Shown: piece after piece, positions 34,201 through 46,719 of the stretch
How positions within the stretch are numbered: the first letter of the stretch is position 1
Layout of the letters: each line of letters starts with the position of its first letter
Assembly: GCA_964036045.1 (NCBI GenBank)
Contig: OZ038378.1
Coordinates: 6,324,001-6,388,000 of the forward strand
Reading direction: 5' to 3'
From: Eutreptiella sp. 'Long Island Sound 2002'
Lineage: Eukaryota > Protista > Euglenida
DNA length: 64,000 nucleotides
The notes under the pieces: generated by a model
What the model saw: the letters and a program-made list of their open reading frames with translations, nothing else
Database searches by the model: none
Told to the model about the DNA's origin: nothing
Position numbers and translations under genes: made by a program

Positions 34201-37200
34201 TATGTAAAGAGAGTGGCTTGTGAGAGCCACGTCCGTGGTGTCAAAATTCAGGCAACGATGGATTTTCAAGCATCAGACAAGGTTACATCCCCCGTAAAGC
34301 ACATCCACGTATTCATACTTTTGTGGGTTTGTGGATATCACCGGCAGAGTGCACAGGGCCAACGGTGGACCCCCGTGGATACAGCCCAGTGCAGAGTGCA
34401 CAGGGCCTCCGGTGGATCTCAACATGCAGGTACATGCCATGTGTGCCACAGACAGCGGAGGGATGTGCAATTTTGAAATTGGGGGCTCAACATGCCCTTG
34501 TGCAATGGATGATCTCCGTGATGGTGTTTGCCGTTTATCGACGAGGATGTGCTTCCCGAAGCAGCCACCTACTCCCCTGACCCTTGCGCCAGCACGGTCT
34601 GGTCCAATCGTGAACTCAAAGTGTACAGCGCCTTGATTTTTGTGACCCCCATTCGTTTCATTACGTGTCACGTGCGAACGTTTGTCCAAGCATGGGTCCT
34701 CCATCAAAGCGGTGCGTTGGGTGTGTAGCGTGCGTGCGAGAGGCCTGACACTAATACTAAGAGGACCATGTGTTTCTTGTCTGCCTGCAGTTTGCTGTGA
34801 GCCAGGACTTGGCACGCCTCATTTGTTCCCCAAACCCCCATATTGCCCTCTTCCTATCACCAGCTCGCCCTGATTTTCCACTGACCCACTGATCCCCTGA
34901 CCCGCTTGCTCTTCGGGATAATTAGGATTCAACATGTCATGTTCTGGGCAAGGCCCCTTTGAAGCATGCCGCTTCTTATTTCTTATTTTTGTGGTGCTCT
35001 CGCTCGGAGGAGGAGGAGGGGGGGGGGGGGTGCTTTTTCAGGGCGACAGCTCTAGATTCCAGCCCGCTCACAGTGTCAATTGTATGCTAGAAGGGAGATG
35101 GCTATCCTATTTTTTTTTTGGCACTGTGCCTCCCAGCTATCCTATGTTTCTGCCCAAAAGGGCCCTGCCATAAGGCACCCACCTGCACTCTCAAGGACCT
35201 ATTGGCGTGGCCTGCTCGTTGAAGGACTCCCAAACCTAACCTCGCCCCCCCAATGGTCAGGAAGCAAGAGGCAACCTGACCCAATCCACCCAAACCAGGA
35301 GGGAGAATGTGTGTTGCAAGCAAGCACGCACAAGGTATGCTGTGTCTTTCCCTACGCCCTCAGGGAATGGAGTCACGCGCACAGGCACAAGGAGAAAGGG
35401 AGAGGAAGAGAGAACAAAGCCGTAATGATGCACATAACATATGCATGCACTTGTTGGTGTGTGCGCATACAAAGTGGATGCATGTGTTGTTTGTGTGCAT
35501 CCGAGGTGTGCACAAGCAGGCTCAATCTTTTTATGCACTGCACATGTTGTAGGCGAACCTGACCTCTTATTCGCTTACTGTTTGCACACATGTGCACAAC
35601 ATACTTGTTTTTGGCTGAAGACCAGCAAGGTGCGCAATCAGAGATTAACCCAACGAACGAGTGTTGCGATCCAAAGAGTACATCATAACATAAACCATCC
35701 AAACACGCAACCGTATTAGCTGTTTGGCTGTAGAGAGCCCAGGACAAGCTACAAACATGTCACAAGACGGAGTCATCTTACCCTGTGTGAGCACTCTGCC
35801 CATACCTCTTTGCATATTTAATGTGGCTGCAAATGAAGCTCTTGTGAATCAGCGTGTTTTGGTGAAGATCAGAAGCTTGAAATTGAGTTGTGGGTTTTAT
35901 GTTCTGCACCCGCAGGTAGTGCACATGCCAAAATGCCTGGGCTAGACTCACCTAGGCAAAATAGGCCAAATTGCAGCCATACCCTTGCAAGGTTAAGCTT
36001 CAAGTTGGTCCCACGTTGGTCGCATCCCCCCCACCCTCTCCCCCAAGCAGACCAACAGGTGATTTTTATCAGGGACTAGTACAGATTACGATCCCACTTT
36101 TCGTAATTACCCGAGAAAAACGAATTTGCAATCGGTGCACTCCACTCACTTGGAAGCAATGAAGCGTCTCTTGCAGCGACCACGCTTCAAGCACAACCAT
36201 GGCGCAGCATGGCTGGAACTCCGACTTAACGTGGATGTAGGGGGCTGTTTCTAGGCCGATTATTGCTGCCCGGGTCCCCCATAAGACAAAACCCGGGTCA
36301 CTACCATCTGCAGCTTTTGACCGTTGCCAACAATTGCACTAACCATGCCACCCAAAAACAAAAAAATCAGAAAACGACAAAATAGGGGCAATCAGGGACG
36401 GCACATGGGGTAGCATCAACAAAATGGAGAGGCTGGGGATTGTGACAATTCTGTTTGGTAATATAACCCTAGGAGACCACTATGTGATTTTCACCATAAT
36501 TTGCTGTAATATTTTCTGGTATTTGTGCAACTACAAAGATTGTATTTGAAACCTAGGTCCCAGCTGACCATAGTTTTATGATTTTATCCAAGCTCCACTC
36601 ATTTGCAATGGAATGAACAGCATAATGCAACACCAAAATGAAAAATCAAATCAGAATTGAAGCACAATTTTTCTCTGCTATCATGCTAAGTTTTATGCTG
36701 TATTTGAAAGCTAGAAAAGCATTGGCACGTCCCACGACAAGTGCAAATTGTACAAGGTCTGAAAATTGAATGGTGTTTTGGTGCATATTACATTGACGCA
36801 CAAAAGATACGTAATGTCAGGTTGTTGTCGATTGCGGGAGAGAAGAAGTTTGTTGTCTAGAAGCTTTATCTGCCACTACAGCAATATGCTTTTTCAGAAA
36901 GATATTTGTTTTTTGCAAAGAAGGTAAAAGGTTTCAAACAAGCTTTTTCTTGGGCTTTGCAAAGAATTCGCTTGAAAACTTAAAAGGCTAGCTCTGCTCA
37001 AAGCAGGTAACCATTTAAACCATTTTAAACCCAAAACCTTTTCGATGCCCTATGTGCCAACCGTGTTCACTACAGAAGAAGTCATTGAAACATGACCGGT
37101 GCTCAAGTCCTACATACATAGTCCACAGCACATGAGCATCACCCAATCCGAGTTGCATTGCGCGGCATGCAATGCCACAGATTGCAAGACACAGTAGAAG

Positions 37201-40200
37201 TGTATGGCTACAATGCACGGTCATTTCTTCTGCAGCACGCCGGGAAAAAATATGAACAATGTTACACGGAGCAGGCCGTTTACTGCTTTTTCCATTTCAC
37301 AATGATAGTGTTCCCATAGCTAGCAAGCGCTGTAGTCTAGAGAAGCTTCGTCATCCGACGCCAAGTGGTGTTTGAACAAAAGACACATATCATCACTTTT
37401 TCCTGCTCATCAAGGGGGACTGAAAACGATGTGTAGAATCAATATTTTATAATCTTAGGATAGGTTACCATGTTGCTAAAGAGCTGCATCTTCCCGTAGC
37501 TCCATTGCATAAGTACTTATTGCAACACGTGGCACTACGCTAGGGCAAACCACTTTGCTAATGGCGAATTTTCAACAACAAACAACGGAGATTTTTCTAT
37601 TCATGCATTGAAGGTGACAACTACAAGCACGAAGTCTTCACAAAAGACACGACTGCGAATTTGCAAAGCTAACCCTGTCCAGGTTCTAAATGCATATCTT
37701 CTTGGTCACAATTTCTTGTAACATTGTCATGAGAGTGCAAAATATCGTCAAACTGCACCAAAGTTTTTCGCAAAACTCACCAAGTGGTACTCATAATGAA
37801 GCAAGAAAACCAATCTAGTGCCGCTCAACGTTTGAATAACACCCGTACAATTTTTTTTCGTGGTGCAGCACAATTATGAAGACTCAAGCAGCGTAGTGTA
37901 TCATGGAAATCGGTCACGGTTACCGTCCAACCAATGCCAACGAAATGTTGTGTCTCTATAAGGTTCGGAATTGGATTTCCCAATTAATTGGATAATCGGA
38001 TCAATTGGATTACTTGGGTGTGATTTGACAAACAATCGGTAAAACTGATTAATTTGAGAACTAATACAACCTAATTAATTGGACCAGTTACATATGATGA
38101 AGAAATACCTCATTAATAAACCCCCCCTTTTTCCTATCCACATTAGAGCGTTTTGCAAGAAGGATAGGCCCCGTGGGATAAAATTGAAAAGTTGCACATC
38201 TCCTACAGCACTTTTTTCCGGTTTACTAGGAGTTTGATGAAAATGGAGAACTTTTGGTCAATAATTGGTTCTCTTGAAAACCATAATTGCAATCAACTGA
38301 TTATTTTCATGGCATATAATCGGAATAATTAGTTATTTTATGGGAAATGATCGAAAATTATTGGTTTTTTTTGCATGAAACCAATTACGAACCTTACGTC
38401 CCAGGGAAGGAGTATAGCCATGCTTGAATGCGGAGGTGCCGAGTTGGGTTGGTCACCTGGCAGAAGGCATGATGAATCGGGCACTTGCCACATTGTTGTC
38501 AATACGCCAAACAACAACTTCCCAACAACCTTGCATCCATGTTGGTGGGTTCTCAGTTATGGGCGCATTATCGGTGTTTACCATGTCCATGTGCTTTTCC
38601 TCGCATGTAGTTTCATGTCTTAGCTTCTTCAATGAAATTCTAGGCAAATGTCTTCGCAGTGATTCGCACCATGGCTGCTCAACGCGTTTTCAATGAACAT
38701 GGCAATGTAATCTTCAATCCGACAGAGTTCGTATATTAAGCTGTAGTCATTTTTTCACATGCAGAAACTTCAGTCAATATCTGGATGGCGCGACATTGAT
38801 GTATTATTATTGCTATTGTCAACTGTTGTAAAGATCAAAGTTCCTTAAATGATTTGTGGCCAAGGATGGAATCTTTGACATGCCGACTATCATCTTGCTA
38901 CTTTTTGCCCTTGTTTGTGAGTCACATCTGTAAACGGATAATTTTCAAAACAACTGGTTGCTACATGCTGTTGTTGAGAATACCACCGGTAGATGGAGGT
39001 GGTAAGTTTTTTCACAACCGGTAGATTCCGGTAAACCCGGGTTGTTTTGCTGCCGTCGCCGGCATTGCCGCATCAGCAATTTTCAGCGTTTCGTGCGGCC
39101 AATTTTTCCAAATGAACGTATACCTTATGTAAGAGTTGAAAGCTCAAACTTTGGATGTCGCCAATTTATGATACAAACTAACTCTTCGTGTCTTCAAGTT
39201 CTGTTCGAATGCTATTTGTTTCCTCTAATCTAGCATTCAAAAACTGAACTGCCCTAGAAACCAAACGGATAGGGAGTGAGTTTTTATCATAAATCAACGG
39301 TATCCCAAGTTCTAGCTTTTGACTTTTAAAGAATTTTGAGAAATTGCAGCCTTTGACTATTAAAGAATTCCCAGATCTAGACTGAACAAAAGTCTGAAAA
39401 TCGCTCATGCAACAGTCACGTCGTGTCCACAAATAAGGTTTGTATGGCTTCATCGTTGCGTTATTTTGCATCTCACGAATGGTGGCATACCAAAAGGTCA
39501 AACCGGGTGTATTTTGATGTACATGCATACTGAACGTGTGCTAAAGTCACCGGTTTCACCCTGGTACAATTCCCAGACTAGTCCTCCGGTGATGAAGTTC
39601 ATATCGACAAAATCCATTATTTGAAAAAATTGAATAGGGACGATTGAGTTCCCAATAGCCTGGCAACCTTCCTACCATGGGTTCATAGACACTAACCACA
39701 ACAGCGGACAATACATCTTTCCATGTCCAAAAGCTGCCAAAATTCTCTTCCATTTGTAGATTTTGTCTGAGCATATTCACGTCTTTGCGTGCACAGCTGT
39801 ATGTGTTTGTGATCACATGTTTTATGCAAGCTAAGCCGTAGTGCACTTGTGCATGTGATTAATGAATGCAGTGAGCAAAGCTGGCTGTCCTCCCACCATT
39901 TGACCTCAATGTAATCTTGGGAATATCTCTCTATTCACTCAACTTCCCAACAATATGGAATGTTCTCGTATGATAATCACCCGAAATGTATCCACCCACG
40001 TGATACCAGATCATATGTGGTTCATTGGAACAACCTTGTAGTCCATTAATCATGCAAAGAGGAAACCAACATCCGAAACAACATTGATCCGACGTTTCAA
40101 AATCACTTCGAAAAAGAATTACTCATTCTCCAAAATTGTGTCAACAACCTTTCCGTCCATCATCTTCAGTACCTATTGCCCCTCTCCCATCTCCATCTCC

Positions 40201-40855
40201 GCCAATCCACATCTCTCCAGCATGACTTTTTGGGTCGATATGGGAAAATATTTGATTCAATTAAGCAAACTGATTTTCTGCATACCAAAATTGTTCTTTC
40301 TTTGATGCATGGACGTATTTCCTTGTTATTTTGCCAAAAAAATTCATTGTTGACATTGTTGACAAATGCAGATTTGGCCAAGGTGCCACCTCTTGCAGGT
40401 ATGTGCCTTCACGCTAAAAGGAATGCCCAGGATCCACTCCCCAAACCCCACTTGCCCCTGGCTGGCAAATAGTTGGCTGAGCTGATTGGGGGATTTCCAG
40501 GCCAGCGCAGAGCACAGCGAATCTGCCACTGCTGGGGGCATGCTGCATGCAAACCCCAAGACACCCTTAGAGCGAATTGTACTTTTGGGTTTACAATACT
40601 ACATGATTGTTTCTAAGGTTATCCATATCCCAATATTCGTTGGGCCTGGGCTGCAGGGGGGGGATGGGGGCTCACTCCCAACATCCATGGGGATTTGACA
40701 TGTGGACAGGGAGTGAACTTTGCTTCTTTCTTTTTGTGTCACACTGCAACACTCAATTCTCAGACTAACTGTATGTCCCAGAACGTACCTTTGAAATATT
40801 TTCTATGTGCAATGGGTTGTAAACATGCGCACACATGTGAGTGATTGAGTGAGTG

Positions 40856-40882
40856 AGTGTGTGTGTGCGCGTGTACACCTAC

Positions 40883-40915
<33 letters not shown>
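40856..40915 (+). repeat. (GT)n microsatellite, interrupted
   Basis: Read directly from the sequence. Confidence 0.9.
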
Positions 40916-43099
40916 TCCAAAAGCAACACCAAGCTGCCAGGTTCGCCATCTGTTTTGAAATTTGAATCTCCTTCTGCCAAGCTGAACGCCAAAGCATTGC
41001 CAACTCACAAACAGTCAGAATGCGTCATTGTGAGGGATGACCTTCTTCCAAACCCAACGGGCTATTTGTGATATTTGTGAAGCTGTGAATCATGGGGGAT
41101 TTTTGCTAGCATCAAGGCACTTGTGCAATCTTGATGCATCTCAACTAATTTTCGGGTTCGTTTACAACTGTGTGCAAGGGGTTTCTTGACAACATCTGAA
41201 CCCATTTTTCATATTACCTTTCAACAAATTCCAACTCAGAAACAAACGTGATTTGACGCTCCACTTCTTTTGAGATACGCCTGTTTTTGACCCTACAACT
41301 CGAGGATACTTGAGCCCAAGCCAATCCACTGCGAGAAGGCATGATCTTGTTCTGCCTCCTCCTCACCCACTGAGAAAGCGTTCGGTATTGACACCAGCTG
41401 CACAATTGTCTCCTGTTACCGGTCCGATATTGAAAGACTCTCCCGTCTATCTTCGCACCCAAGTTTCAGATAGAAGGTCAAGGTATTTTGCGTCTTCGTC
41501 ACTCTCGTTGTCTTCACTGACCTTTCGCCTCCTCCTCCTCCATCTTTTTGATCCATGCATTGATTTCTTCTTCGAGCTTGGCGGCGACTACCTCCATGGC
41601 CTTCGCCTGTTGGAAGGAAAGGAAGGTAAGAGTGCGGTGCACCCTTGATCAACGGGTACACGCACGGAGAGTAACAATCTTAACCAGTTGTGATTGCGAC
41701 CCTGATACAGTGACGACAAAAGTTGGATCGTGCTCTGAACCTCTTCCTCCTGGTAAAGGATAGCGTTGGCAGCCTCCTGACGATGGATCTCGCCGTCGAA
41801 TCGGTAGCCCCAGATAGAGCCGCGTCCAAACATCTCACCGAGCATCCACATGATGTAGCAGATGACCAAGAGATAGGCAAGATCCACGAAATCGATAACA
41901 TCCAGTTTCCCGGAGAACAACTGCAAACGTCAACATGTCCGATAACAACCGCATCAAACCCTTGACCTGTGCTGGGTCACCAGTGGTTGACGTGCAAGCA
42001 TCGAAAGGTGCGGCTTCGGACACTATTGCGTCAAAGAAGGTGACTTCAAGGATCAGTGGACAGGCCCGCGTTCCAGGCACCCAGTGCAAACCCGCTCGCA
42101 TATACCTTTTCCTTGCAAGCTTCATATTCCGTCACCATCATGCGGAAGCGGTATGGCAAGGTTGCCAAAAACATCTGCCTGTGCTCTTCCTTTGCCACGA
42201 CCCACGGATTCTTGCCCTGACTGTGGGTGGGTGTACGTGATGTGTGTTTAGCAGCAGTGAACGGAACATGTCGCATAGGGTCGAGCGGTTCGAACTGTCA
42301 CAACAAACTACTAGCATGCCCTATTCGACATCTCTTTGAAAGTCTGCAACAATATGACTGCACATACGACTCCAGCAGGGCCACTCTGGCCAGTGCTTCA
42401 GGATGGGCAAATGCTTGTCCGATGGCTGAAATTTCATTTGCAACAGCCTTTGGGATACCTCTGGGGATCCATGTGACCGCAAGCCAAGCCGTTTTCTGTA
42501 ACAATGAAAATTAGTGTGTAGTATCTTCGAAAAAAGATGCAGATTAGCGAATCCATAATTGGGACAATGGTGATACCATTGCACTCATGATCCCCTCAAC
42601 TCAAAGCGGCCTTGAAGTCTGTTCGTCCAAATGTCCCTTGCGACCATCCCGGCGGACCAGAACTCGATCAAGCAAGGAGGGTAGTGGCGATGCGGTTGCT
42701 ATAAATGAAGCGTGAAATAGATCACAGTATTGGGTGCACACTCCTTAAGCTTGACTAATTGAACTTTTCAATTCAACATTGCGAGCTCAAAGTGACAACC
42801 TTCCTCCAGATCTTCAGAATTCGTGCCCACAGTATTTCCTTTCCTTTACATTGGCTCAAGCACCCTTGGGAAATTTATTTCATACCTTGGCCATGTCCAG
42901 CACTTGTTGAATACCTCTGCTGTTGTCAGCGTACCATACAAATCCCACCCACCCAGACACACACCTTTCACCATACATAAACACAAGTGGTTAGCCGAAA
43001 CTTTGTTTATGAGTCTCTTGGATGAATTGAATTGTGCTTGCATGCAAAGCCCAGGTAATGAGTTCTTGTACTAGTTTGAGGAATTTGGGTTTGGGAAGA

Positions 43100-43171
43100 A
43101 CACACACACACACACACACATACACACACACACACACATACACACACACACACACTCACACACACACACAC
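43100..43171 (+). repeat. (CA)n microsatellite, interrupted
   Basis: Read directly from the sequence. Confidence 0.9.
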
Positions 43172-43199
43172 AATAGACCATATGACGAGTCCTTCCTTG

Positions 43200-44026
43200 C
43201 GGATTTGTGTTGGTTCAACCGGAAAGGGTTGTACATCATGAACTTGAATAGATGAATGGAGGTTCACGTGCACCCATATTCCGGTTCCATGGACCAACCA
43301 CCACCATTTGTAGGGTTTTGCACTTTTGTACAGTGGGCACCAAAACTTGCTCCCCTCCTCCCACATCCGTACCCACCCCCTTTCTCTCCCTCTTCGCCTC
43401 GAACCAGTCTTGAACCGTTTCACCTGGTTGTCCGATATGAGCATGTGTATGGTGTTGTGTTGCTTGATGAGGATTAGGATGGTGCCTTGAGTGGTTACTT
43501 TGCTACCGTTCAACTTCTCTACATCTTGAACCACTTTGCACTGCGACAGCATGTTCCTCACGACTTCAACTTGATCTGTCCCGCGTAAAAGGCAAAAGAC
43601 AAAGTGGCGTTGAGGGCTATGCATGGGCAAGGTCTTCAATGTTGAACAGGGGCAAACAATGCAAGCAACTACATGAGATTTCCAAAGGGGGAGGCCATCT
43701 AGTCCAACCTGAATCCACAGCTCAACGGGTCGTTGGGGATGCACCTGCACCCACTCTAAGCCTGCAGAAAGCGCATCCACAGTCAGTGTGAAGGCTATGA
43801 AAAGGCTACACCATGCGACGGGTAGTGTGTTGTTCACCAAGGCACTCAACGTAGCCAAGGTTGTCGTTAGACAGAACCACACCGCCTCAACACAGTCCCA
43901 CCCTATTCGCCTGTCCACGTTGGCTTGGATGCAAGACCTCAACGCACCAGGTTGTGCAGGGACATCACAAAAAGAATATACTCCATCACCAACCCCAACA
44001 GCACTTGGCGCCACGCGGACGTGCAC
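43200..44026 (-). pseudogene. Possible DNA transposase remnant (CMC/Transib-like DDE core)
   Basis: LWIQVGLDGLPLWKS...FCLLRGTDQVEVVRNML...MLISDNQVK...SKFWCPL resembles the GxDG / RGxD / D-x-K..C pattern of Chapaev/EnSpm/Transib-type transposases. Recognised from memory only. Confidence 0.4.
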
Positions 44027-45410
44027 ACCCTCAACAAGGCGAACACTCTTTGTGACAACGGGCGATACAAATGTTGGTGCGCACCATCAAGACTTGGGGG
44101 ACAAAGCCTCAGGTTCGCCTGTCGCCACGATGCGCACAACACACCAAGCAATAGGCCCCGCCAAGCCACTCAGTCCTGTTCTTCCATTGGTGCACCAAAC
44201 GAGATATGCCACTGAGGCTCAACATGAGACCGGGCCATGGCACACTTTTCATCAACTCTACCCATCGTGCCTAGCAACATTAAGTGCATGCTGAGCAACC
44301 CCAACTTCGATTTTGCAAGCCTGCGGTTGGCTTTCTCGAGAACCAGTTCATTGCGCAGGGCCTGCAGCTCCTCGTCATTGTGCACCTAGGGCTGCTTGCC
44401 AACGTGTTGCACATCTTGTGACTCCCTTAGTGTTGCAAAATCATGCTGCGGCTTCTGAAAGTCTTGTCACAAGGTGACCACGGTCATGTGTTGTGGGGAC
44501 TGAGAGTTTTTCCCATCAGGACACACCTCTTAGGATGTGCTTCACGTGCGAGGTGACAGAGGTGCAGGTGGAATATATGTTGATAGAGAACACTCCTCCC
44601 ATTGGTCCGCCAGCTCCACCATGCAAAGAAAGGCCCTGGTCTGCTGAAATGCTATGTCTGCTAGGGTGTGGGCTAGGTGCGGACTTTGGGGCAGCACGTT
44701 TGTGCAAGGATCTAACGTTTGATTATGGGCCCGATTTTTGGATTGGTCCCTTCAAAGGATGCATCAGACATTAGGGAGTGATGGGAAAGTGCCTGTGCTG
44801 TTTTGTTGTGCCATATGTTCATGTGCCCCCGAACACACACATCTGCATTCGTGCATAACACACTCAAGTGTAAGGAATACGCACGTAAAAACACACACAA
44901 TCGCACCAGACTAAGCGCAAAACATTACAGTTTCAAGTGTATGTTTTGAAGCTACTCGGGAACGGTAACTGGACAATACGGGTGGGCACATATGAATATA
45001 CGTTGATGTCAGAAATGATCTTCATGGGTCGTGAAACCCTCCGCTGCTTTCATTTTTTGTTTTGCAAGGCTCTTGGGGAGTGCATCTTCGTGAATGTCAA
45101 CGTTATTCATTGATTCCATGATTTAATCACACCTATGCCATCGACTAAGGAACCTTCAGGTGGTTGAACGCTGCAGCACTGAATTTGATGGAATCATTTG
45201 CACTTGTTGATGTCCACAATGAATTTGGGCTTGCATGCAAAACACACTCATGGGGAAATTTGCGCGTATGAAACAATGCAACCCCCCCATCTACAAATGT
45301 GAAGTGAAACATATGGAGGAATCCGAAGCCTCCTTTCCACTTCGTTCCAACCGGTGGCTTGGAATTAGTTTCTACTCACTTTTTGCATTACATCCCATTG
45401 CAAGCCGTTC

Positions 45411-45524
45411 CTGTGTTCTTTGTAGCACCTTTGAGATGGCATTCGGATTCAGCTTCTGCTGCTTTGTTGCATTCCACTTCTTTGCGATGCATTCCTCTGT
45501 TCTTTGTAGCACCTTTGAGATGGC
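45411..45524 (+). promoter_or_regulatory. Duplicated pyrimidine-tract/AG acceptor plus ATG cassette upstream of GH18
   Basis: TGTTCTTTGTAGCACCTTTGAGATGGC occurs twice, 84 bp apart, and both ATGs are in frame. A role as a (trans-)splice acceptor is inferred. Confidence 0.45.
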
Positions 45525-46623
45525 CTCCGAAGTGAACCTCCCCGAACATATATGTGTTGGGTATGCAAACTGGCACCAAAGTGACGACTCCATCGTTGAC
45601 GCAGTACGAAGAGGTGTGAACGTCGTGATATGGTTTAGCATTGATCTCATTAAGAATCGTGACGGAAAGGCTGCAGTGCAGAGGGGGCCCAACATGGATG
45701 AGGTGGCAAGGCTCGTTGCCAAGATTCGAGACTTGAATCTTGAGTGTGTGCATTTGATGAGCATAGGGGGGTGGAATGCTCCACACCCCGATGCAACCCT
45801 CAAGGCGGAGGAAGTATTTGAGGCGCTCGATGAATGGAATAGGAAGACATGTGCAAGGCCGCAGTTGGGGTTTTATGGGTTCGATGGCTTCGACTGGGAT
45901 GTTGAGGGCAATGACGATTTCGACTCGCGCTACAATGAGTTTTCCGTTGAATGCCTTGACTTGATGGGCAAAGTGTCACAATTGGCCAAGCAACGGGGCT
46001 ACATCATGTCCATGGCGCCCGCCGAATCCTACCTCGACCCCACCACCAGTGAATTTAGCCTAAGCTTGGCACACAACCATCCCGAATGGATGGAACTGCA
46101 ACCAAACTTCAACTATCGAGGCCGCAACTCCTACGCTCCTTTTTTGGCTAAATATGGAACCACCACTGTGGAAAGACGCGGGGAAGGAAAAACAAATGGG
46201 GATGCGGGTACATGTGTTGTGGTGGATACCTTTGATTTCGTAACTGTACAACTGTACGAGGGCTACTCACATGCAGAGTATCAGCTGCGGCATGCACACA
46301 AAACACCAGCGGACGTTTTTGTGGGGCTGGCGCAAAAGTTGCATGAGGGTTGGTGGGTGCACTTCGATAGCACGCCCGCTCTACAACTACCGTCACAACG
46401 CCTCTCGGTGCCACACACCAAACTAGTCATTGGGTTGGCAAACAAGTGGGCGGGAGATGGCAAATTCTTATTTATGGATGCAGAAGAAATAGCTCAAGGA
46501 CACACAGCCTTAGTTGACGCCTCCCTCACACCAAAGGGGTATGCATTCTGGAACATGAAGGATGAAGGCATCGATGGTTTTTACATGGCAAGCACATTGA
46601 ACCGAATCTTGGGCATTAGATGA
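45520..46623 (+). CDS. Glycoside hydrolase family 18 (chitinase-like) protein, intronless, 367 aa (395 aa from the in-frame ATG at 45436)
   Basis: Intact ORF with LMSIGGWN and the complete catalytic DxxDxDxE motif (FDGFDWDVE), plus FDFVTVQLYE and GYAFWN at the expected strands. Confidence 0.88.
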   Translation: MASEVNLPEHICVGYANWHQSDDSIVDAVRRGVNVVIWFSIDLIKNRDGKAAVQRGPNMDEVARLVAKIRDLNLECVHLMSIGGWNAPHPDATLKAEEVFEALDEWNRKTCARPQLGFYGFDGFDWDVEGNDDFDSRYNEFSVECLDLMGKVSQLAKQRGYIMSMAPAESYLDPTTSEFSLSLAHNHPEWMELQPNFNYRGRNSYAPFLAKYGTTTVERRGEGKTNGDAGTCVVVDTFDFVTVQLYEGYSHAEYQLRHAHKTPADVFVGLAQKLHEGWWVHFDSTPALQLPSQRLSVPHTKLVIGLANKWAGDGKFLFMDAEEIAQGHTALVDASLTPKGYAFWNMKDEGIDGFYMASTLNRILGIR

Positions 46624-46634
46624 CCAGATGTTGG

Positions 46635-46719
46635 GTTGCGTTGTTGTGTTGTGTTGTGTTGTAGTGCGTTGTGTTGTGTTGTGTTGTGTTGTGTTGCGTT
46701 GCGTTGTGTGGTGTTGTGT
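46635..46719 (+). repeat. (GTTGT)n pentanucleotide microsatellite
   Basis: Read directly from the sequence; starts just after the GH18 stop codon. Confidence 0.9.

Noticed and set aside
38560-38700. Tyrosine recombinase-like HxxR...GH motif on the minus strand
   Set aside because: Requires a frameshift and two stops, and the spacing is wrong; insufficient support.
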